A DNA stretch of 64,000 nucleotides from Faecousia sp. Its GTDB lineage: Bacteria; Bacillota; Clostridia; Oscillospirales; Oscillospiraceae. The notes under the pieces are model-generated. The model made no database searches. It was not told where the DNA came from and saw only the letters and a program-made list of their open reading frames with translations. Both the position numbers and the translations under genes were made by a program. The stretch's first letter is position 1, and the number at the start of each line of letters is the position of its first letter. This document shows positions 59,402 through 64,000 of this stretch, in pieces. Location: contig JAZOME010000022.1 of the NCBI GenBank assembly GCA_045653685.1, positions 21,770 through 85,769 on the forward strand, read 5' to 3'.

Positions 59402-60346
59402 ATGGACACCAAGGAGAAAAAACGCCCGGCAGGGCAATCCCGGCGCCCAGCGACCCGGACGGGCAGCGCTGTAAAACAGAAGAGCAAAACAGTCAAGCGC
59501 CCAGCACCTCGTCGTAAAAAGACGGTGAAGGCACCGGGTATCGATGTGGTTTATACCCAGCCGGGACCTTTTAATAAATATCGTTTCTTGCTGTATTTGG
59601 CAACGGTTGTGGCAGTGGTGCTGGCTGTGATTTTTGGTATGTCTATCTTTTTCAAGGTAGCCACCGTCACAGTTACCGGCAACGAGAAATACACTGCCTG
59701 GGATATCCGGGAGGCCTCCGGAATACAGGACGGAGAAAACCTGCTTTCCATCAGCGAGCCGAAAATCAGCAACAGTATTACATCGAAACTTCCTTATGTA
59801 AATAAGGTTCGTGTGGGAATAAAACTGCCGGATACGGTAAAACTCGAAATAGTGGAATTTGATGTGGTCTATTCCGTGCAAGCCACCGATGGCAATTGGT
59901 GGCTGATGCGTTCCGATGGAGGCCTGACTGAGCAGGTAACCACGGCAGAGGCAGAAAAACACACAAAAATTCTGGGAATTCAGTTGGAATCCCCCAAGAT
60001 CGGCCAGCAGGCAGTTGCCTATCAGCCGGTTGCTGAGGAAGGGGAGGAGACCGTGCCGGTGACGGTGTTGGCTTCCGAACAGCTCCAGGTAGCGCTGAAT
60101 ATTGTGCAGTACCTGGAGAGCTCCGGTGTAATTGGCGGCGCTGCCAGCGTCAATGTAGAGAATTTGTCAGACCTGCAGCTTTGGTTCGGCAAGCGCTATC
60201 AGGTACTGCTGGGCGATAGCCTGGAGCTGAGCTTTAAGATACGCAGTATGAAGACTGCGATCGACCAAATGGGCGATTATCAAAGCGGAACTTTGGATGT
60301 GAGCTTTACAATTTGGCCAGACGAAGTGGGTTATACCCCCTTCTGA
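59402..60346 (+). CDS. ftsQ: FtsQ/DivIB-type POTRA domain protein
   Basis: Basic N-terminus, TM, FKV..VTVTGN POTRA, LPDTV; upstream of ftsZ. Confidence 0.82.
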   Translation: MDTKEKKRPAGQSRRPATRTGSAVKQKSKTVKRPAPRRKKTVKAPGIDVVYTQPGPFNKYRFLLYLATVVAVVLAVIFGMSIFFKVATVTVTGNEKYTAWDIREASGIQDGENLLSISEPKISNSITSKLPYVNKVRVGIKLPDTVKLEIVEFDVVYSVQATDGNWWLMRSDGGLTEQVTTAEAEKHTKILGIQLESPKIGQQAVAYQPVAEEGEETVPVTVLASEQLQVALNIVQYLESSGVIGGAASVNVENLSDLQLWFGKRYQVLLGDSLELSFKIRSMKTAIDQMGDYQSGTLDVSFTIWPDEVGYTPF

Positions 60347-60389
60347 TGAAGAAAAATAGAAAAACTTTGGGAAAAATGTGTTTTTTCTA

Positions 60390-60418
60390 TTGACCAAATC
60401 GTATTTTCGCTGTAGAAT
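60390..60418 (+). promoter_or_regulatory. sigma-A promoter of ftsZ
   Basis: TTGACC-N17-TAGAAT. Confidence 0.65.
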
Positions 60419-60491
60419 ATACAAGTAATGTTATAATTAAGGCGGAATAGTAGTTTTTCTATATCCGCAACATACATAGGAGGAGAAATAC

Positions 60492-61523
60492 ATGGCTGAT
60501 TTTCAGGAGCGCGTAGTTAAAATTAAAGTGATTGGTGTCGGCGGCGCCGGCAACAACGTTATTAACCGGATGATTACTTCCGGTGTTGGCGGTGTGGAGT
60601 TTGTAGTTATCAACACCGATAAGCAGGACCTGAATAAGTCCGTTTGTGAAAATAAGGTACAGATTGGTGAGAAGCTTACCGGTGGTATGGGCGCTGGCTC
60701 TAAGCCCGAGATCGGTCAGCAGTCTGCAGAGGAATCCCGTGCTGCCATTGCCAAGGTTCTGGAAGGCACGGATATGGTATTTATCACTGCCGGTATGGGC
60801 GGTGGTACCGGCACCGGTGCAGCTCCCATTGTTGCTGATTTGGCACATGAGGCCGGTATCCTGACCGTAGGCGTTGTGACCAAGCCCTTCAAGTTTGAGG
60901 GTGCCAACCGTATGCGTCAGGCTGAGGAGGGTATCGCTGCTCTGTCCGGCAAGGTTGATTCCTTGATTATCATCCCCAACGACCGTTTGAAGTATGTTAC
61001 CGACCAGAAGATTACCTTCGCCAACGCTTTCGGCATTGCTGACGATGTGCTGAAGCAGGCTGTGATTTCTATCTCTGAGTTGGTTGGCGATTCCGGCAAT
61101 ATCGTCATTAACCTGGACTTCGCTGATGTTTCTGCTATTATGAAGGACGCAGGCCGTGCGCATATGGGCGTTGGCACTGCTGCTGGCCGTGAAAAGGCTG
61201 AGCAGGCTGCTCTGGCTGCTGTTGCCAGCCCCCTGCTGGAGACTTCCATCAATGGCGCTACCGGCGTTCTGGTGAATGTGACCGGTTCTGCCGAGCTGAC
61301 CTTGGATGATGTGGAGACTGCTGCCGGCATTGTGCAGGAAGCTGCTAACCCCGAGGCAAACATTATCTTCGGTGCTACCTGGAATGATAGCTTCGAGGAT
61401 GAGATGCGTGTCACTGTGATTGCCACCGGCTTTGAGCAGAAGGTTGAGGTAGCTGAAAAGGCCACTACCAACACTAAGGCCGCCGACGATATTGACGACA
61501 TCTTCAGTGTTTTTAGCCGTTAA
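60492..61523 (+). CDS. ftsZ: Cell division protein FtsZ
   Basis: [32 protein letters not shown]. Confidence 0.98.
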   Translation: MADFQERVVKIKVIGVGGAGNNVINRMITSGVGGVEFVVINTDKQDLNKSVCENKVQIGEKLTGGMGAGSKPEIGQQSAEESRAAIAKVLEGTDMVFITAGMGGGTGTGAAPIVADLAHEAGILTVGVVTKPFKFEGANRMRQAEEGIAALSGKVDSLIIIPNDRLKYVTDQKITFANAFGIADDVLKQAVISISELVGDSGNIVINLDFADVSAIMKDAGRAHMGVGTAAGREKAEQAALAAVASPLLETSINGATGVLVNVTGSAELTLDDVETAAGIVQEAANPEANIIFGATWNDSFEDEMRVTVIATGFEQKVEVAEKATTNTKAADDIDDIFSVFSR

Positions 61524-61533
61524 GGAAGACTAT

Positions 61534-61568
61534 GACATCCCGGGCAGTTTGTCCGGGATGTTTTTTTG
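61534..61568 (+). terminator. Intrinsic terminator after ftsZ
   Basis: gacatcccgggca / tgtccgggatgtt plus T run. Confidence 0.85.
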
Positions 61569-61634
61569 AGATAACGAAGGGTGTTTCGGTAATGTGATTA
61601 TGCAGCCGTATCCCAACTCAAAAGCAAAGGATGA

Positions 61635-62390
61635 GTGATTGTGAACGCTTATGCAGAGCTGGCAAGAAGCTATGACCGCTTGACAAACGATGTGGACTAC
61701 CAAGCTGTTGTTGCCTTTTACCAAGAGATTTTGAAAAAAGAAAAGCTCAATCCTCGCACGGCTGTGGATTTGGCCTGTGGCACTGGGTCAGTGGCCCTTT
61801 TGCTGGCAAAGGCAGGTATAGATGTGACAGGCGTGGATATGTCCGCAGAAATGCTATGCGTGGCTTCGCAGAAGGCCAATGAGCAGGAACTGCCCATCCA
61901 GTTTGTCTGCCAAAAGCTGCAGAACTTATCTATGCCAAGAGGGGTAGACTTGGCGGTGTGTGCTTTGGACAGTCTGGACTATATTTTAGACCCTGAGGAC
62001 TGCCAACAGGCCCTTTGCCGTATCTATCGGGCGCTGAACCCCGGCGGATGCTTTATTTTCGATGTAAATACCCCTCAAAAGCTCCGGGATATGGATGACC
62101 AAGTGTTTTTGGATGAGGATGACGATGTATATTGTGTTTGGCGTGGTGAGTTTGACCAGCAAACCAACATCTGTACCTACGGAATGGACTTGTTCCAGCG
62201 TTATGGCAATGTTTGGCATCGCTCTTTTGAAGAGCATCAGGAGTATGCCTACACGGAGGCGCAGCTTCGCCAGTATCTGAAGGATGCAGGCTTTACCCAT
62301 ATCCGGGTTTACGGTGACCGAACCTTTGAAAAACCTGCGGAGGATACCCAGCGAATCTATTTCAAATGCAGAAAGGGAAAAATTAAATGA
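61635..62390 (+). CDS. Class I SAM-dependent methyltransferase
   Basis: DLACGTG, GVDMS, DSLDY, PGGCFIFD; upstream of hslO. Confidence 0.88.
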   Translation: MIVNAYAELARSYDRLTNDVDYQAVVAFYQEILKKEKLNPRTAVDLACGTGSVALLLAKAGIDVTGVDMSAEMLCVASQKANEQELPIQFVCQKLQNLSMPRGVDLAVCALDSLDYILDPEDCQQALCRIYRALNPGGCFIFDVNTPQKLRDMDDQVFLDEDDDVYCVWRGEFDQQTNICTYGMDLFQRYGNVWHRSFEEHQEYAYTEAQLRQYLKDAGFTHIRVYGDRTFEKPAEDTQRIYFKCRKGKIK

Positions 62391-63262
62391 ATGACTATTT
62401 AGTACGGGGAATGAGTATGGATGGAATGGTCAAGGTTGTGGCTATTCGTTCTACTGAGCTTGTTCGCCGTGGTGCACAAATACAGAAAACCACTGCCAAT
62501 GCCACCGCCGCCTTTGGCCGTGCGCTGACTGCAGCATCTATGATGGGCAATATGCAGAAGGTGGAAAACGGCTCTATGACCCTGCAGATTAAGGGCGACG
62601 GCCCTATTGGCGGTATGGTATGCGTGTCTGACCCGGTGGGAAATGTCCGTGGCTATGTGTATGAGCCCAATGTGCCGTTGGCAGAAAAGTACCCCGGAAA
62701 GCTGGATGTGGGCGGTACCGTTGGTAACGGCACTTTAACCATTATCCGGGATTTGCAGATGAAAGAGCCCTATGTGGGCTCTATTGAGCTCATTTCCGGA
62801 GAGATTGCCGACGATGTAACGGCATATTTTGCACAAAGTGAGCAGACTCCCACAGCTTGCGCATTAGGCGTGTTGGTGGATACAGACCAGTCCGTCAAGG
62901 TGGCAGGCGGCTATTTAATTCAGCTTCTGCCCGGAGCTACAGAGGAGACGATTAAGACTGTAGAAGAGGGTATTCAGCGTGCCGGTGCGGTGACAAAGAT
63001 GCTGGAGCAGGATATGACCCCTGAGGATATTTTAGGTCAGGTATGTGGCGCTCTGGGTGTGGTGTTTATGGAGACCACGGAGGTTTCCTACAAATGCTAC
63101 TGCGACCGGGACCGGGTCACGGCTGCGCTGATTAGCCTGGGCACGAAGGAGCTTTCCGAGATTGCTGAGGAAAAGAAAGATTTTCCGGTGGAGTGTCAGT
63201 TCTGCGATACGGTTTATACATTCACCCCGGAGGATATTCAAAATATCCTAAAAAAAGTTTAA
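62387..63262 (+). CDS. hslO: Hsp33 redox-regulated chaperone
   Basis: GDGPIG, SGEIADD, QSEQTP, CYC...CQFC zinc motif. Confidence 0.95.
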   Translation: MNDYLVRGMSMDGMVKVVAIRSTELVRRGAQIQKTTANATAAFGRALTAASMMGNMQKVENGSMTLQIKGDGPIGGMVCVSDPVGNVRGYVYEPNVPLAEKYPGKLDVGGTVGNGTLTIIRDLQMKEPYVGSIELISGEIADDVTAYFAQSEQTPTACALGVLVDTDQSVKVAGGYLIQLLPGATEETIKTVEEGIQRAGAVTKMLEQDMTPEDILGQVCGALGVVFMETTEVSYKCYCDRDRVTAALISLGTKELSEIAEEKKDFPVECQFCDTVYTFTPEDIQNILKKV

Positions 63263-63336
63263 TAATTCAGGAAAAACGGTGGGAAATCTAGGAAAAATTC
63301 CTATAAAAATTCTTATGAAAAATTAAGAAAAAATGC

Positions 63337-63365
63337 TTGACAAAAGGATCTTCCTTGGGTATAAT
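63337..63365 (+). promoter_or_regulatory. sigma-A promoter of the tRNA operon with upstream A-tracts
   Basis: TTGACA-N17-TATAAT preceded by A-rich UP-like tracts. Confidence 0.88.
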
Positions 63366-63407
63366 AATACCCGTCGCTGAGATGTAAATGCAATTCAGCC
63401 GATGTTT

Positions 63408-63483
63408 GGGAGCATAGCTCAGCTGGGAGAGCACATGCCTTACAAGCATGGGGTCACAGGTTCGAGCCCTGTTGTTCCCACCA
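63408..63483 (+). tRNA. tRNA-Val(TAC)
   Basis: Cloverleaf, anticodon arm catgc-ctTACaa-gcatg, TTCGA loop, encoded CCA. Confidence 0.96.
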
Positions 63484-63488
63484 AACTT

Positions 63489-63565
63489 GGCCCGGTGGTG
63501 CAGTCGGTTAGCACGCCAGCCTGTCACGCTGGAGGTCGACGGTTCGAGTCCGTTCCGGGTCGCCA
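63489..63565 (+). tRNA. tRNA-Asp(GTC)
   Basis: Anticodon arm ccagc-ctGTCac-gctgg, encoded CCA. Confidence 0.96.
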
Positions 63566-63605
63566 TATAAAGCATCTGAGCAGAGCTGAATGCTCTGCTC
63601 AATAT

Positions 63606-63681
63606 GCCTCTGTAGCTCAGTAGGTAGAGCAGTGGACTGAAAATCCACGTGTCGTTGGTTCGATTCCGACCGGAGGCACCA
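63606..63681 (+). tRNA. tRNA-Phe(GAA)
   Basis: Anticodon arm gtgga-ctGAAaa-tccac, encoded CCA. Confidence 0.96.
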
Positions 63682-63705
63682 CGGTTCCCAATCGGGGACC
63701 GAGAT

Positions 63706-63781
63706 GCGGGTGTAGCTCATCCGGTAGAGCGCCACCTTGCCAAGGTGGAGGTAGCGAGTTCGAGCCTCGTCACCCGCTCCA
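63706..63781 (+). tRNA. tRNA-Gly(GCC)
   Basis: Anticodon arm cacc-ttGCCaa-ggtg, encoded CCA. Confidence 0.96.
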
Positions 63782-63819
63782 AAAAGATTAGGAACGCCGG
63801 TGCGTTCCTAATTTCATAT

Positions 63820-63894
63820 GGTACCGTGGCCAAGCGGTAAGGCAAGAGTCTGCAAAACTCTCATTCCCCAGTTCAAATCTGGGCGGTACCTCCA
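63820..63894 (+). tRNA. tRNA-Cys(GCA)
   Basis: Anticodon arm agagt-ctGCAaa-actct, U73 discriminator, encoded CCA. Confidence 0.95.
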
Positions 63895-63925
63895 AAGCCC
63901 CAAGGACGATAAGTTCTTGGGGCTT
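63895..63925 (+). terminator. Hairpin after tRNA-Cys
   Basis: aagccccaaggac / gttcttggggctt. Confidence 0.65.
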
Positions 63926-64000
63926 ACTTCTTACCTATTACCTCTTCACTCTTACCTAAAAAGTCCTTGTGGCTTTGGGAAGTAATAAGTAAGAAGTAAT
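63924..64000. repeat. Inverted arrays of heptamer tandem repeats (TTACYTH)n, cut by window end
   Basis: ttacttc-ttaccta-ttacctc-ttcactc-ttaccta (63924-63958), then gaagtaa-taagtaa-gaagtaa (63979-63999) in the opposite orientation. Confidence 0.8.

Noticed and set aside
60426-60440. tgttataattaa before ftsZ resembling the DeoR half-site
   Set aside because: Single copy with no palindromic partner; better explained as an extended -10 (TGnTATAAT)
63288-63840. Short ORFs called across the tRNA cluster
   Set aside because: They overlap five clear tRNA genes
63924-64000. CRISPR array
   Set aside because: 7-bp tandem units without unique spacers; no cas genes in the window

Overview
Core chromosomal region of a spore-forming anaerobic Firmicute (Clostridia; Oscillospiraceae-like, inferred from gene content and order), standard code 11. 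Order: fmt-rsmB-rlmN-prpC-prkC-rsgA, ECF S component, yqeG-pepP-efp-acidic Zn-ribbon protein, recD2-comF-mreB-like (-), a complete F1Fo ATP synthase operon with a Na+-type c subunit, tmcAL/ackA, then an accessory catabolic block (lplA <> DeoR regulator, two-lipoyl E2, fused E1 alpha/beta interrupted by an in-frame TAG, MBL-fold protein, no E3). After that: mnmA, ZIP transporter, smc-ftsY-rdgB-yhbY-nadD'/yqeK-rsfS-leuS, rpsU, spmAB, rsmI, a tRNA methyltransferase, a 56-aa ferredoxin missed by the ORF track, a stand-alone ClpC paralogue, a reduced dcw cluster (mraZ to ftsZ), hslO and five tRNAs followed by an inverted heptamer-repeat array at the window edge. I saw no CRISPR array, integrase, transposase or prophage gene. 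Best candidates for new biology: the DeoR-controlled, E3-less 2-oxoacid/ketol dehydrogenase module with its palindromic operator and amber codon; a long hairpin that encloses the spoVD ribosome-binding site and has a sigma-E-like promoter inside it; a degenerate NadD-YqeK fusion; a LeuRS with KMGKR in place of KMSKS; and a ClpC paralogue behind a sigma-F-like promoter. All calls come from reading motifs by eye; no searches were run.
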